This document shows positions 43,241-58,452 of a DNA stretch of 64,000 nucleotides, piece after piece. Every line of letters starts with the position of its first letter. Position 1 is the first letter of the stretch. The position numbers and the translations under genes were made by a program. The notes beneath the pieces are model-generated. The model searched no databases. It had not been told where the DNA came from and saw only the letters and a list, made by a program, of their open reading frames with translations. Origin of the DNA: Tubiluchus corallicola (Eukaryota; Animalia; Priapulida); the NCBI GenBank assembly GCA_030141605.1, contig JAQGDQ010001018.1, positions 6,011 through 70,010 on the forward strand, read 5' to 3'.

Positions 43241-43787
43241 TGTTGTTGGCATCCTTCTGTCTCGGAACACAATGGCGTGTGCGCCAAGAGAGTCAGTTAT
43301 TGATCACATTGATGGAGCTGCAGCGTCGACTGTGGCTGAGCAGTGCGATCCTTGAACGTCTCCAGGGCGCACGCCTGGGCAAGGTGTATGGAGATCCTGA
43401 GTTGTCCAGACAACAGGAACCCCCTCTCTTCCTCCCTGGTGTAGTCCAAAGGAAAGTGGAGCGATAGGTTTGGCACCAGGTTGGCTGCAGGAGCTGCCTG
43501 AGTCAGTGAGCATGCTACACTGGTCCGCCTTCGGGGCTCCACTCCTTATTTGGAAGGTTTACTCCTCTACACATGGCCGTTGGGTCACTTGACCTCCTCC
43601 GCCCGCTAGCCGTTGGCTGCTTGTGCAGCTCCTCCGCCTAGTGCCAGATACAGTGTGGGCATCCCGCAAGCCTACAGCACCTGGTATTGCTAGGCGGTCA
43701 CCCATCCAAGTACTAACCAGGCTCTACGTTGCTTAACTTCGGTGATCAGACGAGAACCGTTGTTTTCAACGTGATATGGCCGTAGAC
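43241..43787 (-). mobile_element. Full-length 5S rRNA-headed SINE (SINE3 type)
   Basis: 43787-43668 is a complete 120-nt metazoan 5S-like sequence (GTCTACGGCCATATCAC..TAGTACTTGGATGGGTGACC..GTAGGCTT) with no T4 terminator, followed by a ~425-nt GC-rich body shared with 59428-59893 and a short CAA tail. Confidence 0.92.
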
Positions 43788-44277
43788 ACGTACACATATG
43801 TATGTGTATGTGTATGTGATTGTACATGTGTATGTTTCAGTGTATGCTCATGCGCATGCGTGCGTTTTGTGTTTTTATTAGTGTAATTTCAACAACCTCA
43901 TTAAATCTTAATTACCTAATCAAAGTAATGTTACATAGGCCAACAATATCGCACCACTTAACTACATTTTTGTAAAGATGAGTCTTTGTAATCAGATTAC
44001 AAAAAATTGAATTACAAATGGGTTCTTTGTACATTATAACAAAAAAATATTATATTCAATAGTTGTCTATTTTCACTGTGTAACAAAAGGAAGCTAAGAA
44101 TTTGCGATTTTCACACTTGAAATGCTATGATATCGATTATATAACGAATATTATGTTTTTTTGGTCAGCTTAGATACAATACATTACGTAATAATTATAT
44201 TGAGCAGTTTGACATGTTTGAAACTGTCGCTTGAGCAATATGGCGAATCTCTGAACACGTATAATTCCTATAATCTT

Positions 44278-46015
<1,738 letters not shown>

Positions 46016-46099
46016 CTAAAAACGAATTACAAGTTGTTATGTTAATAACCACTAAAACCGTCAAATCTAGACATATTTGCTCGATTTTACCCACAAAAT

Positions 46100-47130
46100 A
46101 TCATGTGCATTATTACTATATGTAAATGAGTATGTTCTAATGCACGTACATCTACACGTATGTGCACATGCTATATGTAAATGTATATGTACTAATGCAC
46201 GTACATCTACACGTTTATACGTATACTATATGTAAATGTGTATGTACTAATGCACGTACATGTACGTATATGCGTATACTATATAAATGTGTATGTACTA
46301 ATGCACGTACATCTACATGTTTATACGTATACTATATGTAAATGTGTATGTACTAATGCACGTGCATCTACATGTTTATACGTATACTATATGTTGTTTC
46401 TTTTTCTTTTCTTTTCTTTTCCTTTCTTTTCTTTTCTTTCCTTTCCTTTTCTTTTCTTTTCTTCTCTTTTCTTTTCTTTCCTTTGCTTTTCTTTTCTTTC
46501 CTTGCCCTTTTTTCCTTTCTAACTTCTTTTTTATTTCTCTTCTCTTTTTTTCCTCATTTCTTTTCTCCTATCTTCCCTTTTCCCCCTTCCTTACTTTCTC
46601 CCAACCTTCCTTTTTTCTTTAATCTGTTTATTTACATTTTCTTTTTTCCTTTTACTTCCTTTTCTTTTATTATCATTTCATTTCTTTTCATTTCTTTTTC
46701 TTGTCTTTTCTTTTCCTTTCCTTTCCTTTCCTTTTTCCATATTCAACTTCTTTTTTATTTCTCTTCTTTTACTCCCTCATTTTTTCGCCTCTCCTCTTCC
46801 TTTTTTCCTCCCGTCTGTTTGTTCCGTCCTTGATTTTTTCCTAAATTTGTTTAATTACCTTTCCTTTTTCTTTTCTTTTCCTTTTTTTCCTTTTTTTCTT
46901 TTCTTTTTTTCTCTTCTTTTCTATTGTATTCCCTTTCCTTCCGTTCTCTTTTCTTCTCTTTGTTTTGTTTTACTTTTCTTTATTTTACTTGACCTTTCTT
47001 TTCCTTTCCTTTCTATTACATTTTGTTTTGTACTCTCTTTTGTTCTTTATTTCCCTTTTTGCCCTCTCCTCTCCTCTTCTCTCCTTTTCACCGTCCTTTT
47101 CTCTTCTATCCTCTTTTTTCTTCCCTTTTG
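46100..47130. repeat. ~54-bp TA/CA-rich tandem repeat (46100-46390) followed by a polypyrimidine tract
   Basis: Visible low complexity. Confidence 0.9.
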
Positions 47131-48800
47131 ATGTGCTAAGATTCTTTTCTGATACGAAATCAAAGTGTCTAAAGGAAAAGCCAAGTCTCTCGGGAACTTG
47201 AGCTTATTCTAATATCTGAGAAAAATGTTAGAAAGTTTCAGCAATGAAATTGTGATAAGCTCCTCGTGTAATTAATAATTTCAATTTAAAATCGCGATCA
47301 TTTCACGCTAGGGCGCGCTCATTTTGCCGAAGATGGCGTCATCTGGTTACCGTACAATATAAACATTTATTCTACCAAGTGCTTCAGCAATCTTTTTTGA
47401 CTTATGAACGAACTCTATAAAGTAAGTAGTCCACCCGGTACCTACTGTATGCTCGCAAGTTTACACGTGTATCTAAAAGTCAACAAAATTTGTAAATTAA
47501 TTATATTTACGCAATTAATGTATACTACTTACACATTTTACGGTCTAATCCTGTGGGTTAAAGCTACGTGATCACTTTAAGCTTGGTCATAATTGACCAA
47601 ATGACTAATTTTTAAATAAGCACAGTTAAATACCAGGCTAAAATAACTGAATTTCTGAGTGAACTGAGTGAAGAGAAATTTAATATCTTATGACTTTATT
47701 TTTGGACATAATTGATCCAATGACCAATTTTTACATAAACACAGTTAAATGCAACGCTAGAATAACTGAACTTCTGAGTGAAATGTAGAAAATTGTCAAC
47801 GCGTACCTTAATCATAGATTGCCTTCACAGCATTCACGCTGTACACCAGCCACCAGCTTACGTCATTTTTTTTCAACTGCCGCCAGCGACGTTCGTTTGG
47901 CGGGAGACAAAAAAATATTTAAATTTCTTTTGCATTTTTAAGCAAAGCATTCTATGCGCATATACTGTGTGGTGATATCAGTATTTTTAATTGTATATTA
48001 AAATGCAATAAATGTTGTTCGAGGGTCGGTTTTTCTTTTAAGAACATGATTCTTTTCACATCCTTGAATTTTAATTTAACTTTTTGTGTTCCTGGATGAG
48101 CATCACGAACTGGAAAAAAGTTGTCAGTAATCTTTTTTAAATAGAGTTCAAAATGATCCAAAGGAGAACGGCTGATGTAACTTAATTAGCATATTTTACT
48201 TGAATTTAAATAAGAAAAATTGCAATAGGGATAGCTCCCCTGTAGTGAATTATGAATTCTTTTAACGCCCAGTCCCATTTTCAAGGCTGAGTAGTATAAG
48301 TGTTGAAATTCATTTCATGCGTTAGTTAAGTAACAACGTGACATAGTAGACTACGTCTGCATTATCTGGGACATTGTGACCCACTTGCTTGGCAAATTGC
48401 TGGAGCGTTTGGCAACCTCGGCCCCTAGAAACTAGATTCTCCGTATTACCGAATTGCGAACTGGGCTTACGACGTTTTTTGCCAGACACAAACGCATCCA
48501 TCAGTCGAACGATTTTTAACATTTTGGCCTTGAAATGTTTATAAATTAATGTGGGTGTTATTAAAATTCTTAACTGGCTTGTGCTTGGAGTACTAGACTA
48601 TTATTGTGTTACGTAATGCATGTCGTGACAAGCCGACTAACAATGCGCTAGACGTAGACACGACCAGAGGCGGGTTCATAATTAAGTATGTATGCTTCTG
48701 TAAGTCTTATTTTATTTATTCATTTATTTATTTATTCACGCTCAATAGTAAAATACAGTCTACAATAAAATATCTGGGGTGCCTTAGATATATATATAAG

Positions 48801-49445
48801 AGTAAAGAGGACCTGTTAAATTATGTTAAAAGGGCTAGATTATGATAGATAATTATGTTGATGAATGATGGCATCAAGCCCAGTTAAGGAGTGGTGTCAC
48901 GTGAGCAGGGCCTATTTCAAGGGGGGAAGTGGGGATACTTCCCCGGGGCCTCACCCTCCAGGGGGGCCTCGCGCCGAGGTAACTTTTTTTTTGCTTTATG
49001 CGAACATACTGTATAACTCCATATTTTCTCTTCGAAAATGCTTCTCCGGCGTTTTAGCAGTTCAAAAATCTTCTGGGCGCCAAAAATGGTGGCGCCCGCC
49101 CCCGGCGCTTCGCCCCCCCCCCCCCGAGGAGGCCTCACACACCCTACTTCCCCGGGCCTCGCTTAGGCTGAAATAGGCCCTGCACGTGAGCAAGTGATTC
49201 AGAACCGAAGCGTAGGCGTCGAACCTCGGCGCACGATATGTAAGCCTTGTGATGCGCCCAGCTCAGGGGACTGAGTCTGGGAGCTGAAGGAGAGCAGGCT
49301 AGATCAGGGGGCTTGGCATTACTATCTGTTATTGTGTTTGATGTTCAATAAACGTGTAGTTTTATAATCTGACTCCTCATAGTTTTGCCATCCCTAAAAC
49401 AACAATAATCAGCTTCGCACAACCAACACAACGAATTATTTTACT
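48801..49445 (+). mobile_element. Solo LTR, AGT..ACT family, 5-bp TSD ATAAG
   Basis: ataag-AGTAAAG..ATTTTACT-ataag; matches 27135-27509 once the MITE is removed. Confidence 0.88.
48906..49182. mobile_element. hAT-type MITE nested in the LTR
   Basis: TIR CAGGGCCTATTTCA / TGAAATAGGCCCTG, 8-bp TSD cacgtgag. Confidence 0.92.
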
Positions 49446-50671
49446 ATAAGTCATATCGTCATTAGCGTTACCACAGAAATATGGGTAAACAAAATGTGCG
49501 CTGTCCATAAATGCTGCCCCCGTCCATGTAATTTGCTCCCAGCTTCCTGCTGCATGACATTTCTCGCTACTCAACGTTCAGAGATAACTTCAACGACCAA
49601 CTCGTACTTTGGTCAGTCCAGACGAAAATGCATGACAAGGAAAATTGTTCCCGTTCATCACGAGTAACGACAAAGCCCGTTAAGTAGTCGATAAAAAGAC
49701 TGATAAGTTACACATAACATTTTTAGTAGTTTCTGGTGAGAAAGTTGATGGTAATCTTCTCTGTGCTCGAATCTCTGATATTTTATTTTTAATGTGATTT
49801 TAGGATCAGTAGTTTAAGACAATTTGATGCAAAAGGGCGCATCGACAATTTACGTACCGTCCTGTCCCGCCCATCTCTATTGTGAATTTATGGTCGTTTA
49901 TTTAATGAGCAGATCAAACAATTACTTGTGGTGTATTAGAAACACTATTAACCTAGTTTCTACGTGGTCGTTATTAATTACATGTATTTGCATAGCGCTT
50001 ATATTTAAACAGGCAGCGCAACTGCTTGTTGTGTAACACCTTGCACCTGTTCGCTTTGTTGCACTTATATAAAAGCTGCTCTTATATAAAAGCTGAAACT
50101 AACTGTGGTGTGTTATAAATGCGCCCTTTTTTCATGAATATGAAAGTATACACATTTTCCGAGGAGAATAAGATTTTTTTAAAATGTGACGCACCTCATA
50201 CTTCGTCAGCCTATTTTTTCGTACGCCCCTGTAGCTAATGCTTTTAGGTGTTTTGTTTGTTACCAACCGTAGGCCAGTGAAATCCTTAATCCGCCCCTAG
50301 ACACGATGTCGCCCACAGAAGGTTAGAAACATTCGAATGTCTGCTTTTAAAATTTTAAAATCATCATTAAATCGCCTAGTTCAGTAAGTGCTTTATTTGC
50401 TACACACGGTTGAGTAACTATACTAGAAATGGTCACCAATAATTTGATTAAATTACCATGCTCATAATTCTGTGAAGCAGCTATTAGCTCTAGATAATTT
50501 TGGTAGCACGTGCTTTTTCGCTGCTGTAAATCAGGTAAATAGCGTTTATAAATATAGTCACTAACACTTCTAGTGTAATTTAGGGCGCCAGAATGGCGCC
50601 TTGGGGAACACCGGCTGGAACGTAAAAAAATATAACGATGCAGTTTTATAAACGAATTTATTGCGCAAATA

Positions 50672-51547
50672 TTATAGTTATAATACTTTTTTTATAACTA
50701 TAATACTATTATAGTTATTACAGTACAAAAAGAAAAAAGGTAAAGAAAAGAAAAGAAAAGAAAAGAAAAGGAAAGAAAAGGAAAGAAGAAAAAAAGAACA
50801 GAAAAGAAAAGTACAGAAAAGGAAAGGAAAAGGAAAGGAAAGGAAGGAAAGAAAAAAAGAAAAAGTGAAAAAACAAATAAAGAAGAAATCACTAAATAAA
50901 CAGAGGGAAGGAAACGGGAAGGGAAGAGGAGGGACGAAACGGGAAAGGAAAAGGAGAGGAGAAACGAGATAATAAAAGAAAAGAGGAAATAAAACAGTTA
51001 GAAAAGAGGTCACGATAAAAGAAAAGATAGGAAAGGTAAGCAAGGGAAAGGAAAGAAAAAGAAAGGAGGTTGGAGATGAAGCTGACGTGAAATTTATAGT
51101 TATAATACTTCTTATAACCATAATACTATTATAGTTATTATAGTATAAAGAAGAAAAAAGAAAAAAGTAAAGAAAAGAAAAGAAAAGAAAAGAAAAGAAA
51201 AGAAAAGAAAAGAAAAGAAAAGAAAAGAAAAGAAAAGAAAAAAAGAAAAGAAAAGTACAGAAAAGGAAAGGAAAAGGAAAAGAAAAGGAAAGAAATAAAA
51301 AAGAAAAAGTGAAAAGACAAAGAAAGAAGAAATCACGAAATAAACAGAGGGAAGGAAAGGGGAAGCGAAGAGGAGGGAGGAAAGATAAAGGGAAAAGGAG
51401 AGGAGATAATAAAAGAAAAGAGGAAATAAAACAGTTAGAAAAGAGGTCAGGATAAAAGAAAAGATAGGAAAGGTAAGCAAGGGAAAGGAAAGAAAAAGAA
51501 AGGAGATTGGAGATGAAGCTGACGTGGAATTTATAGTTATAATACTT
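50672..51547. repeat. Purine-rich ~420-bp unit duplicated in tandem, with internal (GAAAA)n
   Basis: atagttataatact recurs at ~50674, ~51096 and ~51532. Confidence 0.9.
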
Positions 51548-51646
51548 ACGTGTCACGTGCATAACCGTTCTGTCTTTTACTGTTACAAATATATTTGCTG
51601 GTCTTAAGCTAGGACTCCATGCGCACGTGCTGCTCATCTCATAATT

Positions 51647-51952
51647 CAGTGGTTCCCAAAGTAGGGGTAAATTACCCCCCGCGGGTAATATGGTTTTTTT
51701 TGGGGGGGGAGGGTAACAGGCACCCCTCTGAAAATTTTTAAAACTTCGCTCAGAATGCATTTTACGTAGTTTTCTTCTTGAAGAGACTGCCTCCGGCAGG
51801 CAACACTGTGTCATGGGGTCCATCATTCCATCATATGTGGCATATACGTGTGTTTACTTTTTGAGTTGGAGAAGTAGTACTAGGTGGGGGGTAATGGACA
51901 CGACCGGGTTTCCCGATTTGGGTAACGGTCCGAGAAAGTTTGGGATACACTG
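51647..51952. mobile_element. Probable MITE (CAGTGGTTCCCAAA..TTTGGGATACACTG)
   Basis: Imperfect TIR; no clear TSD. Confidence 0.55.
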
Positions 51953-52202
51953 TGACATAGTTGTACTAAAACCCCAAGAGCTGAAAACAGTTGCTTTTAG
52001 AAAGAAACATGAAAAGTCACATTATAATTTTATTAATTAATTTTTTATTTCTTTATTTATCTGCTCATTAATTATTAATCAATTTATTAATTAATTTATT
52101 TATTTTGAAAAAAAGTCGTGAGTTTTTCAAGCCTATTTTTGGACAACAGTGCAGCATCCCTTAAAAAGCAAATATTTCGGTTGCAATTCATTTTTTCTTC
52201 AG

Positions 52203-55200
52203 CAAAGGATTTGAGAGCAATGTAGAAGAGCACGGAGCCGCATTTGTTGTGTTTTACAAAGGACAGCAAGTGGTCGACTTATGGGGCGGTTACGCGGACA
52301 AAGAGTCATGGGACCCTTGGAAAAAAGACACCCTATCTGTCATCTTGTCGACCACGAAAGGACTTTGTGCTCTCTCGGTGGCTGTGTTAGTGGACAGAGG
52401 TCAGCTCAGTTATGACGACAAAGTGGCTAAACATTGGCCAGAGTTCGCTCAGAATGGAAAGGGGGACATCACAGTGTCTGAGTTACTAGCTCACCAGGTA
52501 GGACTTGTGTTTAATATTTACTCGTATTCGTTGTAAATTAATTTTGTATATAAATATATAAGAAGTACATCGTAAATGAACGACATATGCCCTAGGAACG
52601 ACATTGCTATGTAGGAAGAACAATAGATGTCTGAGGAACAACATAGCTGTGTCAAAAAGATGTGTACAAGGAATGACGCATGTTAAGGAACAATATAGTT
52701 ATTTAGAAGGAACAATGTATATCAACGAAGGCTTCCACTACTTTCAGTACATTCAGTAGTGGAAGCCTCAGTAGTGGAAGCCTCGAAAAAGATACAAGAG
52801 GCAAGATTGCGATGGTATGGACACCTGAAAAGAAGGGTCGGAGAAGATCATGTGGGAAGGGAGGTCATGGAAATGGAAGTGATGGGAAATAGAAGAAGAG
52901 GACGACCCAAGCTGAGATGGTTTGAATGTATTAATGGAGACCTTAGAGAGAATAACATAAATGAAGAGATGGTCAACAACAGGAATGCGTGGAGAAGACT
53001 CATTCACAACGGCGACCCCGCATAGGGAAAAGCTGGGAAGAAGAAGAAGAATGTATATCATCGAACTTCGCAGATATGCAAAAAGGGCAACACATGTCTA
53101 ATGAGCAATACGGCAGTGTAGAAGGAAAAGCGTATGCAAATGAACTACAAAGCTACGAAAAAGAAGCAACATATGTCTAAGGAATAACATTGCTATGTGC
53201 AAGGAACGATGTATGTCCAAGGATCAGAATGCAGAAACAGAAAATTATGGGCTTCGTAGTTAAGGGTCCTGGAAAAACTGGTGTAGAAAGTCGATCCGGG
53301 AACTAAACATATTATTGATTGGTCTGCCATTTTGCTTTTTCCCATGTCTTCACACGAATCAGGATTGTTTAAAGGAAAACAGGATGATTTTTCATATACT
53401 ACCTCACTTTCAAGTCCGGTAGCAAGTATATTTTTAACACAATTAATACTGTAAAAGCGTTTCTGATAATTAGATAATAGATTAAAAACTTAATTAACCG
53501 TGGGTGAGCCCAACTGTTGATGACATCACAAACGAACATGGTTTTCAACAGCAAAAATATTCCACGAGTGTGTTGCACTAATATCGGAAATTTTAAGATA
53601 GAAATTTAAATTTACCACTGTGGTCACGCATGAACTATCGAACATGTGCACTTCGTCACAAACTAACACATCATTAACAAAATGTTTGATCTACAGTTTA
53701 AGATTGGGCCCGTCTTAACTTTTGCAGAAGAATAAAGTCGACGTGTGCAGTCATATATGAACGTTCTTCTCTGCATGGGCAAAATCGCCTTGCTAGATCA
53801 AAAAGCAAACTAATCAAGTTTTGGCATGCTACTTTCTAGACGTGACAGTAGCAAAAAGCAATAGACGTAATCAGACGCAGCTGATCTTCATCTGCATACA
53901 GCTAGGAACTTACATTGGGCGGTGTGCAGCCAAAGCGTGCCGAAATTTAGACTACAATAATATTAGTAGCAAGTACCCTGCAAAATTAAGTTTTCACAGC
54001 CTGATGTTGCAACACATTACATTTTGGCTGTGAAAGTTACAAGTTTATAGACTCGGTAACTTTTAAGTTATGGGCGAAAAACTTTTGCATGTTAGAAATA
54101 AAATTTCGGAACAATGTCAGGTAATCATCAACTGAAAAACAGCCACGTTGACGTATAAAACACTCAATAGATGGCAGCAAAACAATGAAGAAATCAACCA
54201 GTTTACGTCATGTTCTTCACCACAGGAAATAAAGCGCTGGCAAAGATTAGCTGCCAAGAAAAGGGAGTTAAAGGGCAGGAAAATGGCCAACCAAGTAAGT
54301 TTCAGAAAATTCGCAATAAAAATTTATATCACCTAAGTATAATCTTAAGCAAGTACTCACGTTTTCGCATTTACTCCAATTTTTGTAAAATATTTCAACC
54401 GCTGCAGAAAACGTTTTCCGCAGACATGTTTCATTTAGTCCGCCAATTGAAAAGCCAGCATGTGACTGATCACGTGGCATGACATCACACGAACACAGTC
54501 GCAGTGAGTTCTGAGCACGTGTACTACAAAGATTTGTGTTGTGGTTCTGTGACGCCATCTAGTATGGCGCTGCCTTGACAGTCTCGCGGGATATTTAAAA
54601 TGAAAACAAACAGGAAATTCTTTAAACGTGAGTACGATAAACGCTTGAGATTTACTCTAACCGTTTCTTTCGCGAAAATTTTCTGAGACTTGCTTTAACT
54701 GGACTTTTTATGTCCTTTAAATTAATTCACTGAACCTCGAATTCCCTTAAGGACAACGACTAGTGTACGACGATTGCACAGGACCATTTGAAGCAGAGAA
54801 GTCAGAAACTGTGTCAGCGCCTGGAATAAAAGCCTTCGTCTAGTTTGCAATAGAATCTGGTGGACGTATAGACATAGGAACTTGCTGTACTTTTAGATTT
54901 TGGATTTAATAGATTTATTTCGCAATAAACATATACATATACATTACATGTGCATCGATAATCAGTTTTTGTTAATACAAAAATATGATACAATTCATGA
55001 ATTCTGCGCTAGAGACCTAAGAAGCTAGCTTATGGTAGGCCACTAGAATTAGTTACGAAAAAAATTACAATATATACAGATACAATATTACAATATATAC
55101 AAATATAAATAGGAAGTAATAAAAATATTATTATACTAGAGGGGAAGTTTTTGAATATGAAAAACAACAAATCATGATTGAGTGATCAGTTATATGTTTC

Positions 55201-57124
55201 GAGTAAGTTTAATTTATAATTTTTTTTTAAATATGGACAGCGAGTTGGCATTTTTAATAGCTGGAGCAATTGAATTCCATATGTAAGGGCCATTGTATTT
55301 AATAGAAAATTTTCTAACATTTAATAATTTTTGATCGTGAGAATTTTCCAGGCATTGACATATTTGACTAGTTGTTGTAAAACTTCTGTATCTTTGACAA
55401 ATCTGTGGGAATGGAATAAAATTTTCAAGCGATTTTGTTATTTTTTTCCTTATAAAATCGTGACCGGCACATTTTTTGCTCCACCTGATACATTAAATCT
55501 AACCTAGACCCTTATAGTGATTAGTAAATTTGTTAGTCTCCGTATTCAGGCTGGCATTCCCGCTTTTGAAGAACGGTTAACCCTGGACGCACTGCGAAAC
55601 AGGACGGCAATATGGGAGATCTTGGAAAAGTTGACACCGAAGTGGACACCGGGAACGGCCCATGGCTATCACGCCACCTACGGTTTCTTGATAGATGCGT
55701 TAATAGGGAAAGTGGATCCCAAAAACAGGACCGTCGGTCAGTTTTTCAGGGAGGAGATTGCGATGCCTCTTGGTGAGTGATTTCAGTTTTCTAGTTTAAA
55801 CGCATTTCGGCTATGACTAGCTGTGCTTAAAAGAAAACAGGTTGATTTTTTATATCCTATCCCATTTTAAAGTAGGGCAAAAACATACGTTTTGCGTAAA
55901 TATAACAGGACTATAACAGCACCAAATGGTTTCTGATAATTAGATAATATGTTAAGAACTTAATTAGCGGCCAGCGAGCCCAGTTAGAGATGACAGCACA
56001 ACTGAACATGATTTTCATTAGCACAAACATTTCATGAGCGTGTCACATGGCTTTGCGAAAGTGAAATTGAAGTAGAGATTCACTGTACAACATTCAGTGT
56101 CATATGTAAAAACTCTGCAAATTTTAGATTTAATATTCAAATTTCAAATTTGCCATTGTGCTCACCCATGAGCTCTTGCACTACGTCACAACTGAACATC
56201 TATGAACCGGGAAGCACAGGATCTTTTTTGTGCAATGCATTTCCGAGATGCAGCCGATAGTGCCGATCTGGCTAGCGAATAATAACACAGTGATGTTCGC
56301 TATTATCCTCAAAGACTGTGCACTCCACCAATGACTGATAATGCGCAAACTTTGCACTTGCCTTTGCTGCATTGTTGCTACTGTTGCTGACAGTAAATGG
56401 ATATTGCTGACTGTAGCGGATAGCCCTATAGGCTGAATAGGCTGAAGCCTAAGGCCCGGGATCAAAAGGGGCCCGCTAAAATAAAACGAAAAAAAAATTT
56501 TGTTGTAAAAAAAATAAATTGCCAAAAGAGCAAGGGGCCCGCCAAAATAAAATATAGAAAAAAGTTTTTTTTCAAAAGTCAGTCACTATATTTCAAATCG
56601 GGTTTACACAAATCAAGTTTACACAATTTAAGTTTACACAATTCACGTTTACACAGTTTAAGTTCAAGTTCAAAATTTCAGTTTCCGAATTTTTCTGGGG
56701 ACAAAGTCAGTTATAATTTCTGAAAAGTCCATTTTTTTCAACATATCTGACTCAATATGCATCAGTGATAAATTGTTTAATTTGTCATCCTTTACAAACG
56801 ACGAGAGCTCCACAAAAATACGTCAGCTCAGCAGTGTAGCAACATTTAAAAGGCCCGTTCCAAGCTCAAGCCTTAGGCCCATAAAATCATAATCCGCCGC
56901 TGATTGCTGATATATATTCTGCCACAGGATTGGACATCAGGATAGGGCTGGAACCTGAAGGCTACAGGAGAATGTCCCGCTTGGGCAAGACGAGCAAAAC
57001 CTACCCAGAATTCCTCGAGATGCTTCGAGTTTTCCACGGCATGATGAAGAGGAAGCTGACCAATCCGACCCTCGCCAGACTGTTTAGAGAAGTCATTACG
57101 CCTCTCACCAACGATCTAGAAACG
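52203..57124 (+). CDS. Beta-lactamase-domain / serine hydrolase (class C / family VIII esterase-like), three internal exons
   Basis: Exons 52203-52497 (VVDLWGGYAD..STTK..WPEFAQNGKGDITV..LLAHQ), 55550-55772 (AG..WTPGTAHGYHA..GQFFREEIAMPL), 56928-57124 (GLDIRIGL). GT-AG with compatible phases; first and last exons not found in the window. Confidence 0.88.
52730..53050 (+). mobile_element. 5'-truncated RTE-clade LINE
   Basis: RLRWYGHLKRR..GNRRRGRPKLRW..WRRLIHNGDP*, (GAA)n tail, ~16-bp TSD aatgtatatca(a/t)cgaa at 52714 and 53050. Confidence 0.9.
54910..55330 (-). mobile_element. CR1/L2-group LINE 3' fragment
   Basis: FSIKYNGPYIWNSIAPAIKNANSLSIFKKK, typical of the ORF2 C-terminus; AATAAA near 54915. 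Confidence 0.7.
56411..56902. mobile_element. hAT-type MITE ending 25 bp upstream of a lactamase-gene exon
   Basis: Imperfect TIR ctgtagcggat / atccgccgctg, 8-bp TSD attgctga. Confidence 0.8.
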
Positions 57125-57420
57125 GTATGTTTATTCACTTTGTTTCTTCCTGCTCAAAAAGGTTGTCATAATAATCAGTAATCAATAAATCAGTACTCAA
57201 TAATCAATAATCAGTGCTCAATAAATCAGTAATAACTTACAGTGTATAGAGTTACCAACGTATCGAACAGTTGTGTAGTATTGAAACTTATAAATACTCA
57301 TTATTTCTGTATTTTAGTTAGATTATAGAAAAATAACAATTATGTAGTATATAAAAACAACAACAGATTATAGGTTAACAAACAATTTTAACGCATTGAT
57401 TATAATGTTGCTGGGCTGAG

Positions 57421-57914
<494 letters not shown>

Positions 57915-58003
57915 GGGCTGAGTTTCGCCCTGTTTTGCGTTCAAACTTTCACTCACTCAAGGGCACAGAATATGCGGTCTGTATGTAATTTGAAAGTCGC
58001 TTT

Positions 58004-58452
58004 AGTAACATAATTTGATTAAAGTCCATTTGTTCTTCTGATTAATGCTGCTTGCTGATTATTGTTGTTTATTGTGTGGCGTGTGAGGTAACCATGATGG
58101 GCATGGCAAACTATCAAGACTTTATTTAGTCAACTACACATTTATTAAATATCAAACACAACGCGGTAAATATAAGAGGATAATAATGCCAGCCCTCCGT
58201 CTTTAAGTCAGTTCCTAATCTCTCCCGAGGTGCGGGCCTCAAAACACTTTTGTCTTAATGCGCCGTAAGGATTACATCATCAATCTTTACTTCTGAGTCA
58301 TGCGGTTGAACATCAGCTGGTCACGTGATGCCACACCTAACTAGGCTTCTATCCACGATGATAGTTTAACCTTGCATCGTCAAGCATTTAATCTTGAATT
58401 ATTAATTTAATAATTTAATCAAAATCATTATTTAACACAGTTTTTCTTTACT
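58004..58452 (-). mobile_element. Diverged solo LTR, AGT..ACT family, 5-bp TSD GCTTT
   Basis: gcttt-AGTAACATAATT..CTTTACT-gcttt; shares blocks (tcacgtga..ccacacct, aatgcca, aactacac) with the other copies. Confidence 0.8.

Noticed and set aside
42637-43303. Repetitive YINPCPQ / HNILI ORFs
   Set aside because: Translation of a 21-bp minisatellite; open in two frames with no supporting gene structure.
43241-43667. HDV-like ribozyme in the SINE body (known from some RTE 5' ends)
   Set aside because: I could not assemble the P1/P2/P3/P1.1 pairings by eye; a descriptor search is needed.
43668-43787. Functional 5S rRNA gene
   Set aside because: No oligo-T terminator, several apparent substitutions, and fused to a body that recurs with a truncated head.
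49377-49574. ORF as a possible upstream exon of gene C
   Set aside because: No protease motif; the sequence is a dispersed repeat also found at ~59310-59405.
50678-51826. 382-aa F/S/L-rich ORF (and similar ORFs at 46238-47201)
   Set aside because: Open only because polypyrimidine tracts lack stop codons.
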